64,000 nt of DNA from an uncultured delta proteobacterium (GTDB taxonomy: Bacteria; Myxococcota_A; UBA9160; UBA4427), in assembly GCA_963822965.1 (NCBI GenBank), contig CAWGJT010000009.1, positions 64,001 through 128,000 on the forward strand, read 5' to 3'. The position numbers and the translations under genes are program-made. Numbering within the stretch: position 1 is the stretch's first letter; each line of letters opens with the position of its first letter. Positions 47,230 to 56,251 of the stretch are shown here, in pieces. A model generated the notes under the pieces. It did not search any database and was not told where the DNA came from. It saw only the letters and a list, made by a program, of their open reading frames with translations.

Positions 47230-49863
47230 TCAGCCGGGCGACGGCGCCTGGACCGGGTCGGGCAGTGGCTGGCCGCTGCGAACGGCCTCCAGACCCGCCA
47301 TCACGTCGTGCAGCGAGTGGAACGGCAGGAAGGCCTCTCCCCGCTCGAGCATCGCGGGGCCGAGGGTGTCCTTGGCGCTCTCCCGCGCGAAGGTGAGATC
47401 CGCCGCTCGCGCACCGCACAGGTCGGACACGCGTCCGTTGCCCACGTGCACGCACAGGGCATCGGGGTGCTCCGCACGCCAGGCCGAGATGATGCCGCCC
47501 TTGCAGGTTCCCGTGCCGCAGCCGCAGCGGGGATCCGGGTGTCCCGGGGCCACGCGCCAGACGCCCTCGTCGTAGACGAGCCGGTTGCAACGATAGTCGA
47601 ACGACAGGTCGTGGATGCGCTGCAAGGCGTCGAGATTGCGATCGAAGCCGTCGGAGACCACCTCGAACGGGATGCCGTGCTCGTCGCACCAGGCCACGAG
47701 GTCACGGGCTCCGGGGTCGAGCTCGATCGTGCGGAGGAACGCCTCGAGCTCCTCCTCGGGCAGCGCGAAGCCGTCGAGCAGCTCGTGGGTGTACTCCCAG
47801 GCCGTCAGCTCTCCGGACTCGAAGCGCGACCAGAGCGCGTCGCGCCGTTCGGGCATTTCCCGGCGTGCCAGGGTCGATCCCACGTCCTGCAGCAGGAAGG
47901 TTCCGTCGAAGTCGCAGAACACGGCGAGCTTCCGGATGCGCGGGAAGTCGTGGACGACGCTCTGGTGCGGGCCGACGGGGGCGGCGAGCCGGCGCGTCTC
48001 GTCGAGCGGGAGACCGAGCGCCCAGGCGTCCACCGTGGGCTCCCGCGCGGTGTCTTCGCCGTTGATCAGGCAGACGCTCGCGTCCACGCCGCGCGACGTC
48101 ACCAGCACCCCCGGGCTCGTGGTTGCGAGCAGATCGGCGACCCGGGTGACCCCGCGACGGTCGGCGCCGTCCACACGCGCCGCCCGCGCTGTGCACTCGC
48201 GGATCAGCGCGCGGCTGTCGCTCCCGAGGAGCGGCACGTCGTCCGAGACGAGCACCATGCCACCCGTCGCCGCGATGGCGTCCGCCAGACAGCGCGCCTC
48301 TTCCGCCGTGAGTCGCGTCTGCTCCCGGCGGGCCATCAGGCAGTCGGGATCGTTGAGCCACAGGCGCCGATGCATCCAGGCCCGGTGCACGATGCTCTGG
48401 ATGGCCGTCTTCGTGGCGGGCATCGTCTGCTCGAGCCCGGGAATCAGCCCCTCCGGCCCGGGCCGCCAGTAGGGCGCGACGTCGGGCCCGATGCGCATGG
48501 CGTCGACGAGGCCCACCGCCGGACCCAGGGGAGAGCCGCAGCCCAGCAGGAAGCTCTCCTCGCCGATGCCGCGACGGATCGCCCGCAGACCCTCTCGCAG
48601 GCGCTCGGCCCGGGTGCGACGCGGATCCCAGGCTTCCGCGAGCATCGCCCCGGCATGCAGGAAGTCGATCTTGTGATACGTGAAGCCCATCTCCGTGAGC
48701 GCACGGAACGTCGACTCGAGGTGCGTGAGCACGGGCTCGCGCGTGCTGTCGAGGGCGTAGACCCAGAAGTCCTCGCTCCACTCGTTGTGCGCGAGGCCCC
48801 GGAAGAAGCGGTCGCCCTCGCGAAGCAGCCACTCCGGATGCCGCTCGTGGACGTGGCTCTCGCGGACCACGCAGAAGGGCGCCGTCCACAGGCCGGCGAT
48901 GAAGCCGGCGTCCCGGATGTCGCGGGCCACGGGCGCCAGGCCCCGGGGAAACTTCTCGTTGGTCTCCAGCCAATCGCCCACGGCGCGCTGGTAGCCGTCG
49001 TCGAGCTGGACGACCTCGACGGGAATCTCTTCCCGCGCCTTGGCGAGGGCTTCGAGATTGCGCAGCAGGTCGTCCTCGCAGATGCCGTGGAAGAAGTGGT
49101 ACCAGCTGCACCAGCCCGGGCGGAAGGGGCTCGCGGTGCGCGCCCCGGCCACGCGTCCCCACAGCTCGCCGAAGGCCTCGAGCAGGCGATTCGGATCGTC
49201 GCCCAGCGCCACGCGCACCGGGTCGAGGCGCCGCGATTCGCCGGGCGCCACGGGAACCTCCAGGCGCTGCTCGACCTCGATCTCGAGGGCTTCACCCTCC
49301 CGTCGCAGATAGACCACGCCGAAGGTGCGACCCGTCTCGAGCACTCCCGCCAGACAGGCGGGAAGCCCCGGCCCGCGGCCCACGACGGAGACGGCCGCGG
49401 ACTCGTGCCAGCCGGCCCGGTCCGCGGGATGCTCGTTCACCACGTGGTGCAGGCCGCGCAGCCAGGGACCCGACGGGAACGCCGGCTCGCCGTCCGCATC
49501 GAGCTCCTTCGTCCGGGTGAGCGACCAGGACTGCCAGCCGTTGCGCAGGAAGCGCCACGAACCGGGCTCGTGCCCCTCCATGCGGAATCCCAGCATCACG
49601 CTCGTCACGAAGACCGGGCCCGAGCCGGGGTTGGTCACCTCCACCTCGAAGGTGGCCGCGTGTCCGTGGTCCGTCCGAACGAGATCCACCTGCAGCGGGC
49701 CGATCCGGCGACGGCCCGAGCGAAGCTCGTCCGTCGCGAAGTGAACCACCGCCGCGCGCGCGGGCGGCAGCGGGCCCGCTCCCAGGAAGGCGCGCGCCCC
49801 GAGCCGAACCGGTTCGAGGCGAATCCTGCCAGCGTGCGTCAACATCGCAGACGGTCCGGACAT
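47230..49863 (-). CDS. GH36 alpha-galactosidase-like domain fused to a C-terminal HAD-IB (MtnX-like) phosphatase
   Basis: NGWQSWS, GWCSWY, QLDDGYQ, KIDF, MRIGPD, WLNDPDC, then DFDGT, VSDGF, CKG and VGNGRVSD in one uninterrupted frame. Confidence 0.85.
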   Translation of the reverse strand: MSGPSAMLTHAGRIRLEPVRLGARAFLGAGPLPPARAAVVHFATDELRSGRRRIGPLQVDLVRTDHGHAATFEVEVTNPGSGPVFVTSVMLGFRMEGHEPGSWRFLRNGWQSWSLTRTKELDADGEPAFPSGPWLRGLHHVVNEHPADRAGWHESAAVSVVGRGPGLPACLAGVLETGRTFGVVYLRREGEALEIEVEQRLEVPVAPGESRRLDPVRVALGDDPNRLLEAFGELWGRVAGARTASPFRPGWCSWYHFFHGICEDDLLRNLEALAKAREEIPVEVVQLDDGYQRAVGDWLETNEKFPRGLAPVARDIRDAGFIAGLWTAPFCVVRESHVHERHPEWLLREGDRFFRGLAHNEWSEDFWVYALDSTREPVLTHLESTFRALTEMGFTYHKIDFLHAGAMLAEAWDPRRTRAERLREGLRAIRRGIGEESFLLGCGSPLGPAVGLVDAMRIGPDVAPYWRPGPEGLIPGLEQTMPATKTAIQSIVHRAWMHRRLWLNDPDCLMARREQTRLTAEEARCLADAIAATGGMVLVSDDVPLLGSDSRALIRECTARAARVDGADRRGVTRVADLLATTSPGVLVTSRGVDASVCLINGEDTAREPTVDAWALGLPLDETRRLAAPVGPHQSVVHDFPRIRKLAVFCDFDGTFLLQDVGSTLARREMPERRDALWSRFESGELTAWEYTHELLDGFALPEEELEAFLRTIELDPGARDLVAWCDEHGIPFEVVSDGFDRNLDALQRIHDLSFDYRCNRLVYDEGVWRVAPGHPDPRCGCGTGTCKGGIISAWRAEHPDALCVHVGNGRVSDLCGARAADLTFARESAKDTLGPAMLERGEAFLPFHSLHDVMAGLEAVRSGQPLPDPVQAPSPG

Positions 49864-49880
49864 CGCCGCGGAGTATAGAG

Positions 49881-50774
49881 ATGACCTCCCTCGAGGCGAC
49901 CTTGCAGGCGCAGATCGCGAGCGGTCCCCCGCTCCTTCTCGACGGGGCCCTCGGCACGGAGATCGAGCGACGCGGCGTGCCCTGCGGGCTGCCGCTCTGG
50001 TCCACACACGCGCTCGTCGAGGCGCCGGACGTGGTGCGGTCGATCCACCGGGACTACGTGCGCGCGGGAGCCCGCGTGCTCACCGCGTGCACGTTCCGGA
50101 CCCAGGCGCGGAGCCTGGCGGCGGCGGGGCTTCCCGAGCCTGCGGCCCGGGCGAGCGAGCTCTGCGAGCGGGCGGTCGCCCTGGCGCGCGAGGCGATCCA
50201 CGGCGCGACGGATCGCGTCCTCGTGGCGGGCTCGGCCCCGCCGCTCGAGGACTGCTACCGGCCCGATCTCGTCCCCACGGACGCCGACGCCCTTCGCGAG
50301 CACCGGGAGCACGCCCGCAATCTGGCTCGCGCCGGGGTCGATCTCATTGCGGTGGAGACGATGAACACCGCGCGCGAAGCGCGCGCGGCCGCGGAGGCCG
50401 CCGCGGAGACCGGCCTTCCCTTCTGGGTGAGCTTCACCTGCGGGCCGGACGCGGAGCTGCTCTCGGGCGAGCCCCTGGCGCGGGCCGTCGACGCGGTTCG
50501 CGAAGCGCGACCGCTGGCCGTGGGCGTGAACTGCCTGCCACCCGATCTCGTGCCCGCGTGTCTGCCGGTGCTGTCCGCCTGCGGGCTGCCCTTCCTGGTC
50601 TACGCGAACCTCGGCGCGCCCGACCCGCGCGGCGGTCGCACCCACGCATGCTCGCCGGAAGCCTACGCGGAGCACGCGCGAGGCTGGCTCCGGGCCGGCG
50701 CCCGGGCGATCGGCGGCTGCTGCGGAACCGGCCCCGAGCACGTCCGGGCGCTCGCCCGGGCCTTCGGCGCGTGA
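49881..50774 (+). CDS. Homocysteine S-methyltransferase family protein
   Basis: LLDGALGTE, HRDYVRAGA, GVNC, YAN, IGGCCGTGPEH (Zn-binding Cys). Confidence 0.92.
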   Translation: MTSLEATLQAQIASGPPLLLDGALGTEIERRGVPCGLPLWSTHALVEAPDVVRSIHRDYVRAGARVLTACTFRTQARSLAAAGLPEPAARASELCERAVALAREAIHGATDRVLVAGSAPPLEDCYRPDLVPTDADALREHREHARNLARAGVDLIAVETMNTAREARAAAEAAAETGLPFWVSFTCGPDAELLSGEPLARAVDAVREARPLAVGVNCLPPDLVPACLPVLSACGLPFLVYANLGAPDPRGGRTHACSPEAYAEHARGWLRAGARAIGGCCGTGPEHVRALARAFGA

Positions 50775-50885
50775 CCGGATTCCGGCGTTCGCCGTCTCTC
50801 GTACCACAATTTGCGTCACCCGCTGCGAGCCGGCTGCCGGCTTCCTGCCGCCATCTCGGAGCCCAGTCGGGAAAGACCCACGGTT

Positions 50886-50898
50886 TATCAAGCACTTA
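50886..50898 (+). promoter_or_regulatory. IHF binding site
   Basis: TATCAAGCACTTA matches the consensus WATCAANNNNTTR exactly; 27 bp upstream of a sigma54 motif. Confidence 0.65.
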
Positions 50899-50925
50899 GC
50901 GAAGGGCTGCCGGACGGCTCCCGCT

Positions 50926-50941
50926 CGGCACGGCGCTTGCT
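50926..50941 (+). promoter_or_regulatory. sigma54 (-24/-12) promoter
   Basis: CGGCACGGCGCTTGCT: GG-N10-GC, one mismatch to TGGCAC-N5-TTGCW. Confidence 0.7.
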
Positions 50942-50951
50942 CTAGGGAGGG

Positions 50952-51100
50952 GACAGAGGGGGCGCGACCAATCTGCGGAAGCGCGCGTCCAGTGAGACGC
51001 GGCCTCCGCGGTGAGTCAAAGGTGAGAGCCAACTGCGCCCGGGGCGGCTACCCCTCCCTTCGCACTCTGTGCGAGGAGCCGTCCCGGGCGCTTCGCGTTT
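50952..51100 (+). ncRNA. Candidate sigma54-dependent small RNA (or structured leader)
   Basis: Follows the sigma54 and IHF sites. Ends in a 15-bp stem (51035-51049/51077-51091) enclosing ACCCCTCC and an inner hairpin, then TTCGCGTTT. Confidence 0.45.
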
Positions 51101-51122
51101 CGGCCCCGGTAGACTTGCCGCC

Positions 51123-53087
51123 ATGCCGAAGGCTCCGCTCCCGCCGCTGCTGCCGACTCCGCGCCGGGCGTGCCGCGAGCCCGGCAGCTTCGGGCTCCGC
51201 GAAGGCGTGCCCATCGTGCTCGGGCCCGGCGCCGGACGGGCCGACGGGGAGACGGCTCGGGCCCTGCAGCAGGAGGTGCATCGCAGGGCGGGGCTGCGGC
51301 TGCCCATCGAGAGCCATCGCGAGGCGCGAGCTCCCGGCCGCCACGTGTCGCTCCGGAAGAGCACCGCCCAGGCCGCCGAGCAGGGGGACGAGGCCCATCG
51401 CATCCGCGTCACGCCGGAACGGGTCGAGATCACGGCCGCCGGCTCGCGGGGCCTGCGCTGGGGGGTCGAGACCCTTCGCCAGCTCGTCGACCGCCGCGGC
51501 CGCATTCCCTGCTGCCTGATCGAGGACGCACCGATCCTGGCCCTGCGAGGCGTCATGCTCGACGTGTCCCGCGGCAAGGTCCCGACCCCGGCCTGCGTGC
51601 GTGAGATCATCGACCTGTGCGCGCGCTGCAAGCTGAACGTCCTGATGCTCTATACCGAGCACACCTTCCGGTTCCGCCGACACCCGAAGATCGGCGCCGG
51701 AGACTCCCCGCTCGACGCCGAGACCATGCGCGACCTGGACGCCTACGCGTCGGACCGCTGCGTGGAGCTCGTTCCCTGCCTGCAGTCCCTCGGCCACATG
51801 TCCCACGTGCTGGAGCACCCGGAGTACGCACACCTCGACGAGACGGACGAGGGCTGGACCCTCTCGCCCGCCGAGCCGGGCACCTACGAGCTCCTGGCCG
51901 ACCTCTACGACGAGTACCTGCCCAACTTCCGGTCCGGCTGGCTCAACGCCAACTGCGACGAGCCCTGGGACCTGTGCCGCGGCAAGTCCCGGGCCCGGGA
52001 GGCCGAGCTCGGCGGCGGGGGCGTCTACCTCGAGCACGTGCGGCGCCTCAAGGAGCTGGCCGCGCGCAACGACAAGCGCACGATGATCTGGGGTGACGTC
52101 GTCCACGCGCACCCGGAACGCATCCCCGAGATCGATCGCGACCTGGTGCTCCTCGACTGGTGGTACGAGGCGGACTTCGACTTCGACCGCGTGAAGGTCT
52201 TCGCCGAGAACGGCATCGAGTTCCTGGTGTGTCCGGGCACGTCGAGCTGGAACTGCCTGTTTCCACGCGTCGAGACGAGCAACCGCAACATCGCGCGCTG
52301 GGCGGACGCCGGACGCCGCCACGGCGCGAAGGGCCTGCTCAACACCGACTGGGGCGACTACGGCCACTACAACCTGCAGGGCAACTCCTGGTTCGCCTAC
52401 GCGATGGGCGCCCAGCACGCCTGGTCCGGCGACTGCGACGACCGCGCGTTCGACCGCGCCTTCTCGCGCCTCGTCTTCGACGACGAGAGCGGCCAGGTGG
52501 CGAAGCTGTATCGCGCCCTGGGATCCGTCCACGACGCCGGCTTCCGCATGTGGAACGGCAGCCCGATCCAGTGCCTCTTCTTCGACGAGCTCGAAGAGTC
52601 GATCTTCGTCGGCGCCACGAAGCGGAGCGCCCTGGCGAAGAGCGAGCGGGCGCTGGCGCGGCTCCGCGATCGTCTCGCCGGCGCGGCGCCGAAGTTCGGG
52701 GCGCGCGAGCAGACCTGGCGAGAGCTCGTCTACGCCGCCGACGCCTCGCTGCTCGCCGTCCGCAAGGCCGGGGCCGGGCTGGACCACCTGGACTGGCGCC
52801 GGAATCCACGGGCCTGGCGGGCCCCGGAGCGCCGGAGCCTGGCGCGCACCCTCGCCGCTCTCGCCGACGAGCAGCAGGCCCTGGGCCGCCGCCTGCGCCG
52901 GCTGTGGCTCGCCCGCAGCGCCGTCTCGAACCTGGATCGGAACGAACGCCGGCTGCGCAAGTCGGTCCGCAGCCTGCGCGCCGCCGCGCGCGCGCTCGAA
53001 CGCAACCGCCCGCTGCCGCCGCCCGAGCCTCGCAAGCTCTCGCCACTGGACACCCTGCACGCGATCCGCTCCTCGTACGAGAGCTGA
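51123..53087 (+). CDS. GH20 beta-N-acetylhexosaminidase-like protein
   Basis: RGVMLDVSR, QSLGH, NCDE catalytic pair, IWGD, NTDWGD. Confidence 0.88.
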   Translation: MPKAPLPPLLPTPRRACREPGSFGLREGVPIVLGPGAGRADGETARALQQEVHRRAGLRLPIESHREARAPGRHVSLRKSTAQAAEQGDEAHRIRVTPERVEITAAGSRGLRWGVETLRQLVDRRGRIPCCLIEDAPILALRGVMLDVSRGKVPTPACVREIIDLCARCKLNVLMLYTEHTFRFRRHPKIGAGDSPLDAETMRDLDAYASDRCVELVPCLQSLGHMSHVLEHPEYAHLDETDEGWTLSPAEPGTYELLADLYDEYLPNFRSGWLNANCDEPWDLCRGKSRAREAELGGGGVYLEHVRRLKELAARNDKRTMIWGDVVHAHPERIPEIDRDLVLLDWWYEADFDFDRVKVFAENGIEFLVCPGTSSWNCLFPRVETSNRNIARWADAGRRHGAKGLLNTDWGDYGHYNLQGNSWFAYAMGAQHAWSGDCDDRAFDRAFSRLVFDDESGQVAKLYRALGSVHDAGFRMWNGSPIQCLFFDELEESIFVGATKRSALAKSERALARLRDRLAGAAPKFGAREQTWRELVYAADASLLAVRKAGAGLDHLDWRRNPRAWRAPERRSLARTLAALADEQQALGRRLRRLWLARSAVSNLDRNERRLRKSVRSLRAAARALERNRPLPPPEPRKLSPLDTLHAIRSSYES

Positions 53088-53108
53088 TCGCCGCTGCGGC
53101 GACCCGGA

Positions 53109-54413
53109 TCAGAGGGAACGCGGCTCCTCGACGTAGAGAACGACGAGCAGCACGGCGGCGAGCTGGAAGCCGATGGCGGTCGTGAACAGAACCTCGTGCG
53201 GGAAGGCCAGCAGGATGGCCGCCCCCAGCAGCGGGCCGATCGCGCCCACCAGCTCGGACGACGAGTTCGCCACCGCGATCCGCAAGGGCAGGTCCTGACG
53301 CGACCCGAACTCCAGCACCATGTTCTGCGCCGACATCATGAAGCCACCCAGGCCGGCCCCGATTCCGAAGAAGGCCACCGCGAAGCTCGGCAGCGTGCTG
53401 CTCCCCATCAGCAGCAGCGCCGACGCGATCCAGGTGCCGATGGACGTCAGGAACACGAGGCGAAAGCCGGTGCGGTCCGCCATCCAGCCCCAGGGCAGAT
53501 TGATCGTGCTGTTCGCCAGCAGGAAGCAGGGCGTCAGGATCGCGAGGTTCTGGCTCGTGTTGCCCCCCATGGTGCGGTCCGCGTAGACGAAGTAGAAGGG
53601 CACCGCCATGCGCCCCATGGTGGCGAGGGCCCGGGCCAGGAAGTAGAGCGTGAAGCCCCGGTCCGACCGCAGCAGGGCGGGCAGCTCGCGCAGCCGGTCC
53701 CCCACCCCCATGGCGTCCCGCACCTCGGGCGGCTCGGGCTCGCGCACGCCGAGCAGCATGGCGAGCCCGAGGGTCGTGAGCACGAACGAGAGCAGGAAGG
53801 TGGTGGCGTAGCCGTTGCCCAGGAGGTTGGGCTCCACGAGATAGCGGCCGCCCAGATAGGCGACGCCCGACGCGGTGAGACCGCCCAGGCAGTTGCGCAG
53901 GCCCAGCAGGACGCCGCGTCGGTCGACGGGGATCACCTTCGACATCAGGAACGAGAAGATCACGCCCTGCATGCCCATGAAGAAGCCGAAGCCCACCAGC
54001 AGCAGCCAGATGGCGCGGACCGCCCAGGCGTCGGGAAGGAAGAAGCCCGAGAGTGCGATGCCCAGGACCATCAGGCGCATGCTGCCGCCCACCGCGAAGC
54101 CCACGGGCAGGACGCGCTTGCGGTGCTCGATGATGGTGGCCCCCAGGATCGGGGACAGGAACATTCCGAAGGCCTGGGCCGAGCGGGCGACGCCGATGGC
54201 GAGCTCGCCCCCGGTCAGCGCGAAGAGATAGGCGGGCAGGAAGGTGGGCGCGTTCAGCAGGCGGAAGCCGGTCTGCCCGAGCAGGCCGTGACACAGGTGC
54301 GCGAGGTAGTTGCGCGGCAGGTTGCGGCGTACCTGGTCGTTGTAGGCGGACTCGGCGGCCGCCGCGGCCAGCTGCACGGACGAGAGCTCGGCATCTGCGG
54401 GGCGTGCGCTCAC
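53109..54413 (-). CDS. MFS transporter
   Basis: About 12 TM segments, IPVDRRG, GWMADRTG; the GTG overlaps the folC stop. Confidence 0.85.
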   Translation of the reverse strand: MSARPADAELSSVQLAAAAAESAYNDQVRRNLPRNYLAHLCHGLLGQTGFRLLNAPTFLPAYLFALTGGELAIGVARSAQAFGMFLSPILGATIIEHRKRVLPVGFAVGGSMRLMVLGIALSGFFLPDAWAVRAIWLLLVGFGFFMGMQGVIFSFLMSKVIPVDRRGVLLGLRNCLGGLTASGVAYLGGRYLVEPNLLGNGYATTFLLSFVLTTLGLAMLLGVREPEPPEVRDAMGVGDRLRELPALLRSDRGFTLYFLARALATMGRMAVPFYFVYADRTMGGNTSQNLAILTPCFLLANSTINLPWGWMADRTGFRLVFLTSIGTWIASALLLMGSSTLPSFAVAFFGIGAGLGGFMMSAQNMVLEFGSRQDLPLRIAVANSSSELVGAIGPLLGAAILLAFPHEVLFTTAIGFQLAAVLLVVLYVEEPRSL

Positions 54414-55780
54414 GAGCCGGAGACCAGCACGCGGCGGGCGATGCCCGCGAGATAGACGGAGCCCACCGCGCACAGCAGCTCGTCGGTGCCGAGCCCCTCC
54501 CGCGCGCCCCGGATCGCCTCGAACGGATCCTCGACGACGCGCACCGGCACGCCGGCGCCGCGCGCCTCGATGCGAAGGGCGAGCACGCTCGGGTCGAGGG
54601 ATCGGATCGGGTCGGCCCGGGTGAGGGTGATCCGATTCGCGAGGGGCAGGAGACGATCGAGCATCGGCTCCACCGCCTTGTCGAGGGCGATCGACAGGAC
54701 CAGGTGTCGAGCCGTCGCGGGAACGTGCTCGAGCCACGCCGCCAGGCCGCGCACGGATTCCAGCGTGTGGGCGGAATCGATCACGATCCACGGCTCGCGC
54801 TGCACGACCTCGATGCGCCCCGGCAGGGACACCTTCGCGAAGGCGCGCCCGGCCGCGGCGGCGATCCGTTCGTCGTCGTGGGCGCCCAGGGCGCGGACCG
54901 CCGCCACCGCCAGGGCCGCGTTGTCCCGCTGGTGGGCCCCCGCCGCGGCCAGCTTCGCCTCGAAGGCGAAGCCGTCCGCGAAGCGGAACCGCAGCGGGGT
55001 GACGGAGGCGTCCCCCGCCGGAGTCGCGAGGACGTCGACCTCGAGCTCGCGCCCGAGCCGCACGAGCCGGACGCCGAGGCTCGCGGCCCGCTCCTCGACC
55101 ACCCGGGCGGCCTCCGCGGGCAGCCGTCCCACCGCGCAGGGAACCCCCGGCTTCAGGATGCCGGCCTTCTCGCCCGCGATGGCGGCATGGGTGGTGCCGA
55201 GCTTGTCGGTGTGCTCGAGCTCGATGCTCGTCACCCCGGTCACCGCCGGAGTCACGACGTTGGTCGAATCCAGGCGTCCTCCGAGTCCCACCTCGAGCAC
55301 CGCCCGATCGACCCCGGCCTCGCGGAAGAGCAGGAACGCCGCCGCCGTCGTCGCGTCGAAGAACGAGGGCCAGAGCGTGGCGTCCTGCTGGCGCATGGCG
55401 TCGACGTGAGGGCGGACCTGCGCCACGGCGGCGGCCAGCTCGTCTGCCTGGACCTCCCGCCCGTCGAGGCGAAAGCGCTCGGTCCAGCGCTCGAGGTGCG
55501 GCGAGGTGTAGGTGCCGACGGACTCGCCCAGCTCGACGAGGAGCGCCTCGACGAGGAGCGCCGTCGAGCCCTTGCCCTTGGAGCCCGCCAGATGGACCAC
55601 CGAGAGCGTGGCCTCTGGGCTTCCCAGGCGAGCCAGAAGCGATTCGATCGCCGCGAGCCCGAAGCGCGAGTAGGACACCCGGGGCTGCCGCTCGCGGTTG
55701 ATGAGACCGTCGAGCCAGCGCTCCGCTTCGCCGAGCCCCCCGCGCCCGCCGTCCGCCCCCCTTGCCACGACTTCCCCCAC
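54410..55780 (-). CDS. folC: Folylpolyglutamate synthase/dihydrofolate synthase
   Basis: HLAGSKGKGST, YTSPHL, LEVGLGGRLDSTN, EKAGI, PGRIE, DSAH, GSVYLAG. Confidence 0.94.
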   Translation of the reverse strand: MGEVVARGADGGRGGLGEAERWLDGLINRERQPRVSYSRFGLAAIESLLARLGSPEATLSVVHLAGSKGKGSTALLVEALLVELGESVGTYTSPHLERWTERFRLDGREVQADELAAAVAQVRPHVDAMRQQDATLWPSFFDATTAAAFLLFREAGVDRAVLEVGLGGRLDSTNVVTPAVTGVTSIELEHTDKLGTTHAAIAGEKAGILKPGVPCAVGRLPAEAARVVEERAASLGVRLVRLGRELEVDVLATPAGDASVTPLRFRFADGFAFEAKLAAAGAHQRDNAALAVAAVRALGAHDDERIAAAAGRAFAKVSLPGRIEVVQREPWIVIDSAHTLESVRGLAAWLEHVPATARHLVLSIALDKAVEPMLDRLLPLANRITLTRADPIRSLDPSVLALRIEARGAGVPVRVVEDPFEAIRGAREGLGTDELLCAVGSVYLAGIARRVLVSGS

Positions 55781-55857
55781 GCGTCTCCGCGAGCCCCCCG
55801 GCTCCCGGAAGGTGTCACGCCCGCTGCCGACCCGCCCGCCCCGGGGTCGTCGGGCGC

Positions 55858-55890
55858 CAAAAGAGAGAGGCGGCCCCGGTGGACCGCCTC
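55858..55890 (-). terminator. Rho-independent terminator
   Basis: GAGGCGG/CCGCCTC stem followed on the minus strand by TCTCTTTT, 35 bp after the small Cys-rich gene. Confidence 0.65.
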
Positions 55891-55924
55891 CCAGACAGGC
55901 TCCGCGCCTCGACGTGCGAAGGCG

Positions 55925-56251
55925 CTACTGCACCAGGTACTTCTGCCGGGAGCGGTACTGCTTCACGGCCTCGCTCGTCGATTCCGTCGCGGGGAAGAAG
56001 TACTTCACCGCGTGTCCGCACTCCTGGCAGATCTTGTAACAGAACTTGAAGCCCTCGACCTCGCGAACGCTGCCCACGCTGACGCGGTTCGCGTCGGTGC
56101 AACAATCGGCCGGCCGCGGCGGCGACACGATCTTGCGCGGATAGTCGTTCTTCGGGGACTCGACATCGGTATAGAGGATGATGTTCTTCGTGAGCCGATG
56201 GGAGCGCTCGTCCGAGTGCTTCTTCCTGATGTTGCTGCCGATTCTTCTCAA
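55925..56251 (-). CDS. Small (108 aa) Cys-rich, putative zinc-ribbon protein
   Basis: GAGGA SD, TTG start overlapping the NRDE stop (TTGA). Sequence ...ADCCTD...FCYKICQECGHAVKYFF...; a terminator follows. Confidence 0.7.
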   Translation of the reverse strand: MRRIGSNIRKKHSDERSHRLTKNIILYTDVESPKNDYPRKIVSPPRPADCCTDANRVSVGSVREVEGFKFCYKICQECGHAVKYFFPATESTSEAVKQYRSRQKYLVQ

